NCBI GenBank assembly: GCA_964644035.1
Contig: CAZXUH010000002.1
Coordinates: forward strand, 756 to 64,755
DNA from: an uncultured Candidatus Saccharibacteria bacterium
GTDB taxonomy: Bacteria > Patescibacteriota > Minisyncoccia > Phycocordibacterales > DAORIS01
DNA length: 64,000 nucleotides
Direction: 5' to 3'
Shown here in pieces: positions 10,253 to 19,803 of this stretch (position 1 is its first letter; each line of letters opens with the position of its first letter). The notes under the pieces were generated by a model. That model did no database searches, was not told the DNA's origin, and was given only the letters and a program-made list of their open reading frames with translations. Both the position numbers and the translations under genes were made by a program.

Positions 10253-11065
10253 ATGGAACAAAAAATAATCGCTAAAAAATCTCTCGGTCAAAATTTTCTA
10301 AAGTGCGGTTGGGCACTTTCTGCTATTGTCTCTTCAGCCAAAATAGAATCCAATGAAACCGTGCTCGAAATCGGACCGGGCAAAGGAATTCTTACTGCAC
10401 TCTTGCTCAAAAAGAGCGCTCATGTACTTGCAGTAGAAAAAGACGATAGAATGATTCCATATCTACAAGAAAAATTTTCTCAGGAAATATCCAACGGCAA
10501 ACTAGAAATCATTCATGGCGACATACTCGAGGAGCATATTCAGAAAGATGTGTTTGAACGCCTTGAAAAAACGGGGGACTATAAGCTGATTGCAAATATA
10601 CCGTATTACATTACAGGCCAACTTATAGAGAACTTCTTGTCAGCACAGCAGCAACCAAAAAAAATGGTGTTGATGCTGCAAAAAGAAGTCACCAAAAGAA
10701 TTGTCTCGACTGACAAAAAAGAAAGTATATTGTCGATTTCCGTCAAAGCCTACGGCACGCCATGCAAAGTAGCGGACGTGCCACGCTCTTGTTTCTCTCC
10801 AAGTCCCAATGTTGACTCGGCTATTTTGGAAGTAAGTGACATTTCAAAAAAGTTTTTCGGCGATGTTACTGAAGATTACTTTTTTAATGTACTAAAGACA
10901 GGTTTTGCTCATAAAAGAAAAATTTTAAGTGGAAATCTATCGGAAAAATTTGATAAATCTCATATCCAAGAAATATTTACCTCACTCGGCCTAGAAAAGA
11001 ATATCCGCGCAGAAAATATACCTGTTGAAATGTGGTTCAAAATCGCTGAGGGTTTGAAAAACTAA
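10253..11065 (+). CDS. rsmA: 16S rRNA (adenine1518/1519-N6)-dimethyltransferase
   Basis: LGQNFL N-terminal motif and the SAM-binding EIGPGKGILT. 270 aa. Confidence 0.9.
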   Translation: MEQKIIAKKSLGQNFLKCGWALSAIVSSAKIESNETVLEIGPGKGILTALLLKKSAHVLAVEKDDRMIPYLQEKFSQEISNGKLEIIHGDILEEHIQKDVFERLEKTGDYKLIANIPYYITGQLIENFLSAQQQPKKMVLMLQKEVTKRIVSTDKKESILSISVKAYGTPCKVADVPRSCFSPSPNVDSAILEVSDISKKFFGDVTEDYFFNVLKTGFAHKRKILSGNLSEKFDKSHIQEIFTSLGLEKNIRAENIPVEMWFKIAEGLKN

Positions 11066-11448
11066 AGAGAAGTACCTGTTGTAGGACCAATCATACCGAG
11101 ATTGGGTAGAGGGAAGCAGAAAAATGCAGCGTACATCCAGCACATCTGCACGCCTGGTATAACGCTTCCAAGAACATGGGCACCGGGATGAGGAATATAA
11201 TGAGCATATCCGATCGTTCCCACCACCCATGACAAACTACCAGCTCCGATTGGTCGAGGAAATGAAAATTTACCAAAATATATTTGATGAACAGCACCTC
11301 CAGTGCACGTGCAGGGTATATGAGCAACATCTAGACCTCCAAAAGGTACGAGTGGAGGAACAAGAGCTTGAGTTGTTAGTGGAAAGAATGAAAAAACCAA
11401 CACATCAAGCAGCACGAGTGAGAAGAAAAATATTTTTGAGTGTTTCAT
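11062..11448 (-). CDS. hypothetical small secreted Gly/Pro-rich protein (uncertain)
   Basis: 128-aa ORF with a signal-peptide-like N-terminus. Its start sits 1 nt after the stop of the upstream gene (TAA-T-ATG). No family recognised and competing overlapping ORFs exist. Confidence 0.3.
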   Translation of the reverse strand: MKHSKIFFFSLVLLDVLVFSFFPLTTQALVPPLVPFGGLDVAHIPCTCTGGAVHQIYFGKFSFPRPIGAGSLSWVVGTIGYAHYIPHPGAHVLGSVIPGVQMCWMYAAFFCFPLPNLGMIGPTTGTSL

Positions 11449-11449
11449 A

Positions 11450-12541
11450 TTACTTTACTATTATAAATGATGCTGTCGGTGTCATTCCATTTTCATTTCC
11501 GACCATAATCGGCATCGAAAACTTCGTGCCCGGATCTTTAACCATTACATCTTTGATGATATTTTGATACTGGAACGATGACAATGAAAAAGTAAGTGTC
11601 TTGCCGTCCAAAGATGCGACACCCTCAAGAATACCTATTGAAGTAGCAATAGTATTGTTTGAATTGAAACCAGTACCAGTCAGAGTGACTGTGTCCTGAA
11701 GGGTTGCTTCGGCAGGTGAGACTGTGTTTATGACTGGAACATTTGCTGCGGTATTACCAACAGTAATTTTTGCGAGCGATCCAGATACTTCTGACTTACC
11801 TCGCACATTTGAAACACCAATTTCATAGGTGCCCAGTGAAATACTACTTGGCACCGTGACTTTAATCGTAGTGCCATCTGCCGAGCTAATATTTTCCAAT
11901 GTCGCAGCATTGCCTATATATACAGTATTGCCTGTCGGCATGAAACCTGTACCCTGTATTGTTATTGTTGTACTTGCCACAAGTTTATAAGGCGTCACAC
12001 CATATACTTTTACTTTCTGAAGAAAGTTTCTTACTTCAATCGGCAAAAGAGGAGAATCAAAATATCCTTCATTGGAATTTGAAGTAGAGACAACTTGATT
12101 GTTTATCGTTTGATTATTTGCCGTCATATTACTTGCAGGGTTGGAACTTACCTCAATAATTTGATTTGAATTATTCTGGACAGTTTTTGCATTCAATTCA
12201 TTGAGCTTTATGCGAGTGAGAGAACCGACAAATCCCGTGCCGCTTGTAAGGCTAGCTTTGACCAAAATATCTTGTCTATACGTTTCTTGAAAACGAATCA
12301 CTGCATTTTTAGTGAGATTGCCAAAATAAGTAGTTTCATTGCCAGGAGAACCAGGACCAATGCTTGCAATTTTGCTATTAGCCTGAGAATTGAGAAGTTT
12401 TTGCAGAGCAAGCACGTCAGAACCCTCATCACCGACAGTAAGATTGCGACTAAAAGTGAAATTGTTCTGAGCAAAAGCAGTCAAAAACACGCTAGTGAAG
12501 CAAAAAATAGAAACGAAACCTGCTAAAATTATTTTTTTCAT
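11450..12541 (-). CDS. secreted protein with peptidoglycan-binding-like domain and Ig/TIG-like repeats
   Basis: Signal peptide, then ...LTVGDEGSDVLALQKLLNSQ... (PG_binding_1-like), then T/S-rich beta-repeat regions. Confidence 0.5.
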   Translation of the reverse strand: MKKIILAGFVSIFCFTSVFLTAFAQNNFTFSRNLTVGDEGSDVLALQKLLNSQANSKIASIGPGSPGNETTYFGNLTKNAVIRFQETYRQDILVKASLTSGTGFVGSLTRIKLNELNAKTVQNNSNQIIEVSSNPASNMTANNQTINNQVVSTSNSNEGYFDSPLLPIEVRNFLQKVKVYGVTPYKLVASTTITIQGTGFMPTGNTVYIGNAATLENISSADGTTIKVTVPSSISLGTYEIGVSNVRGKSEVSGSLAKITVGNTAANVPVINTVSPAEATLQDTVTLTGTGFNSNNTIATSIGILEGVASLDGKTLTFSLSSFQYQNIIKDVMVKDPGTKFSMPIMVGNENGMTPTASFIIVK

Positions 12542-12589
12542 AAAATACCATCAAAGTATACCATCATAGCGATTGAGATTGCAGGGTAA

Positions 12590-13420
12590 TTGGTATATCA
12601 TTGTCCTATGAAGAGATTATTTAAAGGTCCTATTTTTATTGCACTGACCATTGTCTTTAGTCTCTTAGCAATTGTCGGTGCTTACCGCTATAGACACTCT
12701 CAAGAAGCGACGGTATATAGCTCTTCTACAGGATCTACGACCCCTTTGACGATTTTGGCTGAAAATATATCGGACGAAGACTGGCAGGAGCTCCTGAATA
12801 GGGTGGGTGAGACACAAAATAGCACAAATACGGCTCCATTGAGCAATTCTGACGTGATTTCTAGGGAAATATTTGCCCAATTTGTCTATACCAAGCAGCA
12901 AGGCAAGAATATTACCCCTGAACAAGCCAAACTTATTGCCAATGACCTTATAAAATATGCCGATTCTATCGATGTACCCCTCAAACAGTACACCCCTGCG
13001 GACATAAAAGTGGTCAAAAACCCCACTCAAAATGACATTGTGACCTACAGAAACCAGCTCAACAGCATCGTATTTTCAGAAAAACAGGAAATTGGCAATG
13101 AATTGGTCATTATGCAGGAGGCAGTGGTAGACAACAACCTCGAAAATATGTCCAAACTGAAAGGAATTTCTGATTTTTACAATAAAATTGCCTTTCAACT
13201 CCTCGCTGTAAGCGCTCCAGCACCTATTGCGCAAGAGCATCTCGATATAGTCAACCTTTATTTGCGAATTGCCAAAGACGTAAAGTCATTCGACAAACTT
13301 AAAAACGATCCTATCATCGCTGCGAAGAATTTTGGAGACTACAGTAATGCCGATTTGGCCCTTTTTAAGACCTTTCAAAAAATCATGGTTTATTTTGAGT
13401 CACAGGGTGTTGATTTCTAA
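12590..13420 (+). CDS. hypothetical membrane-anchored protein
   Basis: 276 aa. The N-terminal TM IFIALTIVFSLLAIVGAY is followed by a soluble domain. It is the first gene of the + strand T4SS-like block. Confidence 0.45.
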   Translation: MVYHCPMKRLFKGPIFIALTIVFSLLAIVGAYRYRHSQEATVYSSSTGSTTPLTILAENISDEDWQELLNRVGETQNSTNTAPLSNSDVISREIFAQFVYTKQQGKNITPEQAKLIANDLIKYADSIDVPLKQYTPADIKVVKNPTQNDIVTYRNQLNSIVFSEKQEIGNELVIMQEAVVDNNLENMSKLKGISDFYNKIAFQLLAVSAPAPIAQEHLDIVNLYLRIAKDVKSFDKLKNDPIIAAKNFGDYSNADLALFKTFQKIMVYFESQGVDF

Positions 13421-13455
13421 AAAGACATTGAAAAATATGTGTTAAAATAAACTGG

Positions 13456-15105
13456 ATGACATCTTGGAAATTGAAATCCATCTCCTTTGTTTTGTTTGTT
13501 GCCATAATCGCACCATCATTAGTTTGGATTTTTGCTCCGAAGACACAAGTTGAGGCTGCAATTTTTAATTGTGCACCTTCCGTTGCAGAGCAGGTAACAC
13601 GAACGGGGGCACAAACCGCTGAAAATGCTGCCTACAGCACACTTGGAGTTCCGGTTGATATTGGACCAGTTTATAAAACAAGTCTTACACAAGGTGCAGG
13701 TGCAGCAGTAAGTGATAATCGAAAGACGAGCTGCATGGATGGTATTGGTTGGATGCTCGCAAAAATTGCCGTCGCATATATTACACAGTCAGTAGTGCAA
13801 TGGATCAATAGTGGCTTCAATGGATCACCAACATTCATCACTGATCCAAAAGGATTCATACTTAAAGTGGCCGACGAGCAATTTGCAAATATTATGACCA
13901 CGCTATTTCCATCGACCAGTGGTCTTGCGGATCTGGTCTGTAGTCCATTTAGTTTGGATATAAAATTAAAGTTGGCACTCAAATTTAATTTCAATTATAA
14001 ACGTCTCAACATACCAAGCGGCTGTAGCTTGACCGATATTAGTAACAATATCGGAGGAGCTGTCGGGGGAGCACAACAAAGTATTACAGAACAGTACAAT
14101 GATTTTACCAGTGGAAATTTCAGTAATGGCGGATGGGATCGATGGTATGAGATTACACAAAATTCCGACAACAATAAATACGGCGCAGAGCTCAACACAG
14201 ATATTGCAGTCACCGCTGCAATAGAAGACGCACAAGGACAAGAAGTTGATTTACTCAATTCAAACAATTGGTTTAAATCACTCACAAAAGGAGAGGGGAA
14301 TATCACAGGTGCTATAAACAGTATTATTACTCCTGGAAAACAAATCCAAGGAATGCTCTCAAACAGTATCCAAGATCCGACAGATGAACTAAAACTTGCA
14401 GACAGTATTGATGAAATTGTTGGTGCGCTTATCCAACAATTGATTGGTCAGGCAATCGGCGATGGTGGTATTGCTGGACTCAGCCAAACAGATACAAGTG
14501 AGGGTCAAACATCAAGCTATGCTGATCAAATACTTGAGGAACGTAATGCAATGGAAGAAGAGAATACAAATGATCAAAATACTATTCCTCAGCCACCTGG
14601 CTTACCTACATCAACACCTCCAATATCGGGTGGCGGACAACCAAATACTCCGACAAACGTCGCTCTCAACAAACGTCCTCAGCAATCGAGCAACTATGCT
14701 GGTTCGACCGGAGCTATAAAAGCCGTGGATGGAATGACCCAAGATGTTCCTGTACAGGATTTTTATGCTATTACCAATAGCCAAGTACAAGCATGGTGGC
14801 AAGTTGATCTCGAACAAAGTGAAGACATTGGTAGCATTGAAGTTTGGCCTCGAGGTGATGCGACCGATCCGCTCAACAACTTCTACGTATTGGTTTCCGA
14901 TCAACCAATATCAGGAAGTCTCGATCAGATTATTGCTGACAGTAGTGTGAGGAAGTTTAGAATTTCTGGAGGTATTGCAAATCCTCCTCAGGTCATCAAT
15001 GTCAATGGAATGGGTCGATATGTTCGCGTGCAACGTGCTGATACCACTCCAAAATTTCTTGAGCTTTTGGAAGTGAGAGTAATTTCAAGACCAACTGAAA
15101 ATTAG
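13456..15105 (+). CDS. secreted protein with C-terminal F5/8 type C (discoidin) domain
   Basis: Signal peptide. The C-terminal ~140 aa (...AWWQVDLEQSEDIGSIEVWPRGD...RYVRVQRAD...LELLEVRV) fit the discoidin/F5_F8_type_C pattern. Confidence 0.55.
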   Translation: MTSWKLKSISFVLFVAIIAPSLVWIFAPKTQVEAAIFNCAPSVAEQVTRTGAQTAENAAYSTLGVPVDIGPVYKTSLTQGAGAAVSDNRKTSCMDGIGWMLAKIAVAYITQSVVQWINSGFNGSPTFITDPKGFILKVADEQFANIMTTLFPSTSGLADLVCSPFSLDIKLKLALKFNFNYKRLNIPSGCSLTDISNNIGGAVGGAQQSITEQYNDFTSGNFSNGGWDRWYEITQNSDNNKYGAELNTDIAVTAAIEDAQGQEVDLLNSNNWFKSLTKGEGNITGAINSIITPGKQIQGMLSNSIQDPTDELKLADSIDEIVGALIQQLIGQAIGDGGIAGLSQTDTSEGQTSSYADQILEERNAMEEENTNDQNTIPQPPGLPTSTPPISGGGQPNTPTNVALNKRPQQSSNYAGSTGAIKAVDGMTQDVPVQDFYAITNSQVQAWWQVDLEQSEDIGSIEVWPRGDATDPLNNFYVLVSDQPISGSLDQIIADSSVRKFRISGGIANPPQVINVNGMGRYVRVQRADTTPKFLELLEVRVISRPTEN

Positions 15106-15113
15106 AAAAGTAT

Positions 15114-17801
15114 ATGAGCAAGATGTATAAGAAAAAATACGTATTCCTTACTGCCCTGAGCGTAGTTTTGATTGTTTTTCTTATTCCAAAAGCAGCTCAT
15201 GCTGATATTTTTGATATTGCACTGGATTCTGCTCTCAATGCAGGCATAGGATTGATCCGAGGACTGATGATTGGAATTCTTGCTCTTTTCAGCTGGATAC
15301 TTTTTGCAGTAGGTAGCCTGCTCGATCTCACGGTGAAGTACACAATTATTGAGATGGGTGAATTTGTGAATGGTGTTAATTCGATCAGCATTGCCTGGAA
15401 ATTCTTCCGAGACATAGCAAATATGTTCTTTATTTTTGTTCTGACATATGCCGGAATCACCACTATTTTGGGTGTACAAAGATCAGATTGGAAAACTATT
15501 CTTCGCAACATTGTCATTGCTGGCCTGCTCATAAACTTTAGCCTTTTCTTCACAAAAATTCCTATCGACATTTCAAATATTATTTCTATCCAGCTCTACA
15601 AGGCTATGACAAGCAACGTCACTTCGACCGTTGCAGGACAACAAGTCTCTGGTATGGCAGTGGAATTCATGAACCACCTAAAAGTTCAGACTATTTATAG
15701 ACCTTCAGGGGAGGGGGTCATTGACGCAACAGAAGTAAATCTTGTTGACCAACTCAGCACTATTCTTATCTCATCGATCTTTGGTATCACGATTATACTC
15801 ATTACAGCGTGTGTCTTTTTGGCAATTGCCGCTATGCTCCTTCATCGCTTTGTAAAACTCATATCACTAATGATTCTTTCTCCTTTGTACTTCTTAGGCA
15901 TGATTTTGCCAAGTGCCAAGGAATACGGAGGAAGGTGGAAACAAGACCTGATAAGTCAGTGTATATTTCCCGTAGTATTGTTTGGTCTTCTCTATGTAGT
16001 AGTACTATTCCTACGAACAGGCACATTGAGCAAATTCTCAGCTGGAACTTTTGCAGAAGGACTCAATGGCTCAGGAACAATCATTGCAAATCTTTTGATC
16101 AATTACGGATTGATCATGGCTATGATTGTCGGATCACTTACAGCAGCACAAAAAGCTGGTGGTGAGGGAGGTAGATTTATGGACAATAGAATTAAGAGTT
16201 TGCAAAAATTCCCAGGCAGATTGCTATCATCAACTGCAAATACAGCAGCGAGAACAGCATCATGGGCAGGTGGTGCTGCCGTGCGCCAAGTAGTACGTGG
16301 TGGAGATACAGTTGCTGAGAAATCTGGCGCAAAGAAATGGGCAACGACCAGACTCAAGGCTGGAGCTGCTACTCAAAGCGAAGATCTCAAACTTAAAGGC
16401 AATAACACTGTCACAAAAATTGCTGGCGGTGCAATAAACATTGCAACAGGACTTACTGGTATACGCCTTCTTGCAGCAAAAGCAACACGAGGAGCTTCAA
16501 GTGCCTCGCTCAAAGCAGCTGGCAACTTTGCAAACAATGCAAGCTTCGATGCAATGGGTGTAGAGAAGAGAGGTTTTGCTAAAATCGATTCAGATGAAAG
16601 AGAAAAACTTACAGCTTCAAAAGTTTCTTATGAAGAACAAGTTAGAAAAAATGAATTCAAGAAAGCTCAGACAGAATTTAAAGACGTTTCTAAAATTAAA
16701 GTTAGAACAAATGATGATGGTAGAAACTTTGTCGACATTGGCGACGGCGTAGAAGTAGAAATGAGAGATGATGAGAGAGTTCGAGGTGTCGACATGCTAC
16801 TTAGCGAAGTTAAGAAAATTAGAAAACAATACACTGGTCTTCTTAAAAATCGCCGACCTAAGGAACTCGATAAGGTTAAATTCAACGATATTAAAGCTGC
16901 AGCAGATATTCTTACTGCCGAGCAGTTTACATATCTCGTTGGCAAAGAAAGCAAACTTACTGATCAAGAGAAGGATACACTCACCACCGAAAGAGTTAGT
17001 ATGCCAAAAGTTCTCATGGAAAGACTTGAGAGTGCTGAGAGGGAATTTGAGGAAGAAAACGATCCAGTTCAGAAAGCTGCTCGGGAAAATGCACTTAAGG
17101 CTGCACAGAAAAAGGTCAACGACTCACTCAAGAAACTTACCGACAAAGAAATGGAAGTTATTGCACCTCATTTCTTCGATACCAATAAAGACAGGACGTC
17201 TCTTCTTGAAACATTTGCAAAAAGCATCAGTCAAAGTACCGCCGACAAGCTCAAAAAACTTGATAAGCTTGGCGATGATGACAAACTACTTATCAATAAG
17301 ACCCGCAAGGCCGTCTTCCAAGCACCTCTCAATGCCTTTAGGACTGCATCTGCAACAGTTAATCGCCTACGAATGGCTGGTACAAGCAGCGGAACTGAAT
17401 TTGATAGAGCCCAAGCTGAAGCAAACAGGCAAGAAAAGAAGCTTAAGAGCGCATTTGCAAGATCATCGGGAGAGCAGATCGCAAAAATGGGTTCAGAATT
17501 TGTCACTGATCCTAAAATCATTGAACTTCTTGATGGTAAGCACTTGAAGAAGCTTGTGGAACTTGCCGAGGATATGGATAGCGTAACGATTAACGGTCAG
17601 GAAAGAAATCCATTTGAATATATTGCTGAAGAGAAAATAAGAATGCTTGAAGAACATGCAGCAGGAAATCGAGAAGAAAAACCAAAAGGTATAGACTTCA
17701 TCCTTAGGAACGAGAACTCAGGCATATTTGATGTCGATGCAGATGAAGTCAGAACCACGATTCAAAATATAAGGTCAACAACACGAACACAACAACCATA
17801 A
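15114..17801 (+). CDS. VirB6/TrbL-like polytopic membrane protein with long charged C-terminal extension
   Basis: Signal peptide, then at least 6 predicted TM helices over ~330 aa, then a ~500-aa K/E/A-rich coiled-coil-like tail. Its position immediately upstream of the VirB3-like and VirB4 genes supports the call. Confidence 0.5.
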   Translation: MSKMYKKKYVFLTALSVVLIVFLIPKAAHADIFDIALDSALNAGIGLIRGLMIGILALFSWILFAVGSLLDLTVKYTIIEMGEFVNGVNSISIAWKFFRDIANMFFIFVLTYAGITTILGVQRSDWKTILRNIVIAGLLINFSLFFTKIPIDISNIISIQLYKAMTSNVTSTVAGQQVSGMAVEFMNHLKVQTIYRPSGEGVIDATEVNLVDQLSTILISSIFGITIILITACVFLAIAAMLLHRFVKLISLMILSPLYFLGMILPSAKEYGGRWKQDLISQCIFPVVLFGLLYVVVLFLRTGTLSKFSAGTFAEGLNGSGTIIANLLINYGLIMAMIVGSLTAAQKAGGEGGRFMDNRIKSLQKFPGRLLSSTANTAARTASWAGGAAVRQVVRGGDTVAEKSGAKKWATTRLKAGAATQSEDLKLKGNNTVTKIAGGAINIATGLTGIRLLAAKATRGASSASLKAAGNFANNASFDAMGVEKRGFAKIDSDEREKLTASKVSYEEQVRKNEFKKAQTEFKDVSKIKVRTNDDGRNFVDIGDGVEVEMRDDERVRGVDMLLSEVKKIRKQYTGLLKNRRPKELDKVKFNDIKAAADILTAEQFTYLVGKESKLTDQEKDTLTTERVSMPKVLMERLESAEREFEEENDPVQKAARENALKAAQKKVNDSLKKLTDKEMEVIAPHFFDTNKDRTSLLETFAKSISQSTADKLKKLDKLGDDDKLLINKTRKAVFQAPLNAFRTASATVNRLRMAGTSSGTEFDRAQAEANRQEKKLKSAFARSSGEQIAKMGSEFVTDPKIIELLDGKHLKKLVELAEDMDSVTINGQERNPFEYIAEEKIRMLEEHAAGNREEKPKGIDFILRNENSGIFDVDADEVRTTIQNIRSTTRTQQP

Positions 17802-17802
17802 T

Positions 17803-18546
17803 ATGATTGCATTTTCAAAAGCAGATAAAATAAAAGCCTACAGACTTCTTTCACCGCAAGAAAAGAATACGGTGTTTTCTCAAACAGTTGGCGAGAAAAT
17901 AGATCTTATCTCAATGAAGTATGGATTGGATCCTGCAAAGTCCAAACGTTTCAAATACAGTTTAGGGTTGTTTCTTCTTGGTTTGATTACTAAAAATGAC
18001 ATTCCTCAAGTAATCAATGAGCGCTTGCCCGAACTACCAAATAACGAGGTTATGGAGGATATTAAGAGCATCTTTTTCCCAGAAGTAGAAAAAGTTATTC
18101 GAGAGTACAAACCCGATCCCGAGGAAGAAGAGCCCAACGCCAAGGACGAACCTCTTACTGAAGAACAAAAACAGATGGACGCTCAACTTGAGTCAGAACC
18201 TGAAGAAGTAAGTAGCGAAGAAGAGGGTATAGACCGTGAAGATCTTCTCAAAGCAATTGAGGATCCTGAAGAAAAAAATCTTCAAAAAAGTGCTGCGGCT
18301 TCACAGGATAAATATAGAGAACCTATCGAAACACCAAAACCAGTATCGACTGGCAATCCGGTAGAAGATCGTCTCAAAGGTATCGTATTTACTCCAAAAG
18401 AAACAAAACAAGTAGTGGTAGAAGCACCAAAACCTCAGCCTTTGCCAAGTAAACCTGTTGCAAAACCAAATACATCTATACCTCCGCTTCAGCAAAGCGT
18501 CCCTAAGTATCAAGGAAACGATCCGTACAGAGAACCTCTTTCGTAA
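17803..18546 (+). CDS. hypothetical acidic, Pro-rich protein
   Basis: 247 aa. The central region is rich in E/D/P (EEEEPNAKDEPLTEEQ...). No family recognised. Confidence 0.4.
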   Translation: MIAFSKADKIKAYRLLSPQEKNTVFSQTVGEKIDLISMKYGLDPAKSKRFKYSLGLFLLGLITKNDIPQVINERLPELPNNEVMEDIKSIFFPEVEKVIREYKPDPEEEEPNAKDEPLTEEQKQMDAQLESEPEEVSSEEEGIDREDLLKAIEDPEEKNLQKSAAASQDKYREPIETPKPVSTGNPVEDRLKGIVFTPKETKQVVVEAPKPQPLPSKPVAKPNTSIPPLQQSVPKYQGNDPYREPLS

Positions 18547-18652
18547 TAAAAAGGGCTGCTGTCGGATGAACAGCAGCCCAGGAACCCCATGGTTCCACCA
18601 AAGCCATGTGAAGTATGTATGTATAAAGTGGATGTATGCAACTGTATAAATA

Positions 18653-19108
18653 GTGCATAATATAGTCATGCAATTTCAGGTTCCTCAATTTATCGAAGTA
18701 GAAGATAAGATTTTCGGACCACTGACAATCCGCCAGTTCATCTATATTGCCGGCGGAGCAGGTATGGGCTATATCTGCTATGCTCTCTTGCCCTTGATCT
18801 TGGCTATACCTGCTATCGGCGCTGTCGGCACACTTACATTTCTATTGGCTTTTTATAAGTACAATAACCGTCCTTTTATCTATTTTGTCGAATCGGCTTT
18901 TAAATACAGGACCAATAATCGGCTCTATATATGGAAAAAGGATCAGCCTACGCCAAAAGCTCAGGAGGAAAAGAAAAAAGCTGCAGATCAACCAAAACTT
19001 TTTGTCCCAAAGCTCTCAGATAGCAAACTCAAAGACCTAACTTGGAGTCTTGATATCCGTGAAAGTCAAAATCCGCTGACAGGTAAAGATAACGAGACGA
19101 ATACATAA
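18653..19108 (+). CDS. VirB3/PrgI-like small membrane protein (T4SS)
   Basis: 151 aa with two adjacent TM helices near the N-terminus. It is encoded directly upstream of VirB4, the conserved VirB3 position. Confidence 0.45.
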   Translation: MHNIVMQFQVPQFIEVEDKIFGPLTIRQFIYIAGGAGMGYICYALLPLILAIPAIGAVGTLTFLLAFYKYNNRPFIYFVESAFKYRTNNRLYIWKKDQPTPKAQEEKKKAADQPKLFVPKLSDSKLKDLTWSLDIRESQNPLTGKDNETNT

Positions 19109-19154
19109 ATAGAGAGGGGAAACATAGTTATAATTTTAGGATATAATAGAAAGA

Positions 19155-19796
19155 ATGGCACCTATATCAGAAAGCGCAAAGGCAACGCAAGATTTCGTAC
19201 CGATTCAGGAGGTTCGAGACGGTGTTATTGTACTCAAAGATGGCTCGCTACGAGCTGTAGTACTTGTTTCATCGATCAACTTCGACCTCAAATCAGAAGA
19301 TGAACAGAAATCCATCCTTTTTCAATTCCAAAACTTCCTCAACTCCCTCGATTTCTCTATTCAAATGTTCATCCAGTCGAGAAAGCTCGATATACGCCCA
19401 TATATAGCGCTTTTACAGGGCAGACTCAAGGAGCAAACCAATGATCTTATGAAGGTTCAGGTGCAAGAATACATAGAATTCATCAAGAAATTCACCGATT
19501 CGAGTAATATCATGTCAAAAAGCTTCTTTATTGTTGTTTCCTATGCTCCTGCAACACTGACAATAAAAAGAAATCCTCTTTCAAAACTGTTTGGTAAGGG
19601 TGAATCGACACAAACTGTCGAAAATACAAAGTTTGAAGAAGCACGAAGCCAGCTCGAAGAGCGTGTATCGGTCATAGAGCAGGGTCTTGTACGCACCGGA
19701 GTCAGAGCAGCACGCTTGGGCACAGAAGAAGTGGTCGAACTCTTCTATAAGATGTTCAATCCTGGCGACACCGAGAAGCCGATTATTCAATTATAA
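19155..19796 (+). CDS. virB4: VirB4-family protein, N-terminal domain fragment (Gram-positive TcpF/Orf16/PrgJ-type N-terminus)
   Basis: ...FVPIQEVRDGVIVLKDGSLRAVVLVSSINFDLKSEDEQKSILFQFQNFLNSLDFSIQMFIQ... resembles the N-terminal ~200 aa of monoderm VirB4 ATPases, from my recollection of Tn916 Orf16-like proteins. It stops 8 nt before the ATPase ORF in another frame. Confidence 0.6.
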   Translation: MAPISESAKATQDFVPIQEVRDGVIVLKDGSLRAVVLVSSINFDLKSEDEQKSILFQFQNFLNSLDFSIQMFIQSRKLDIRPYIALLQGRLKEQTNDLMKVQVQEYIEFIKKFTDSSNIMSKSFFIVVSYAPATLTIKRNPLSKLFGKGESTQTVENTKFEEARSQLEERVSVIEQGLVRTGVRAARLGTEEVVELFYKMFNPGDTEKPIIQL

Positions 19797-19803
19797 TATT
19801 TAT

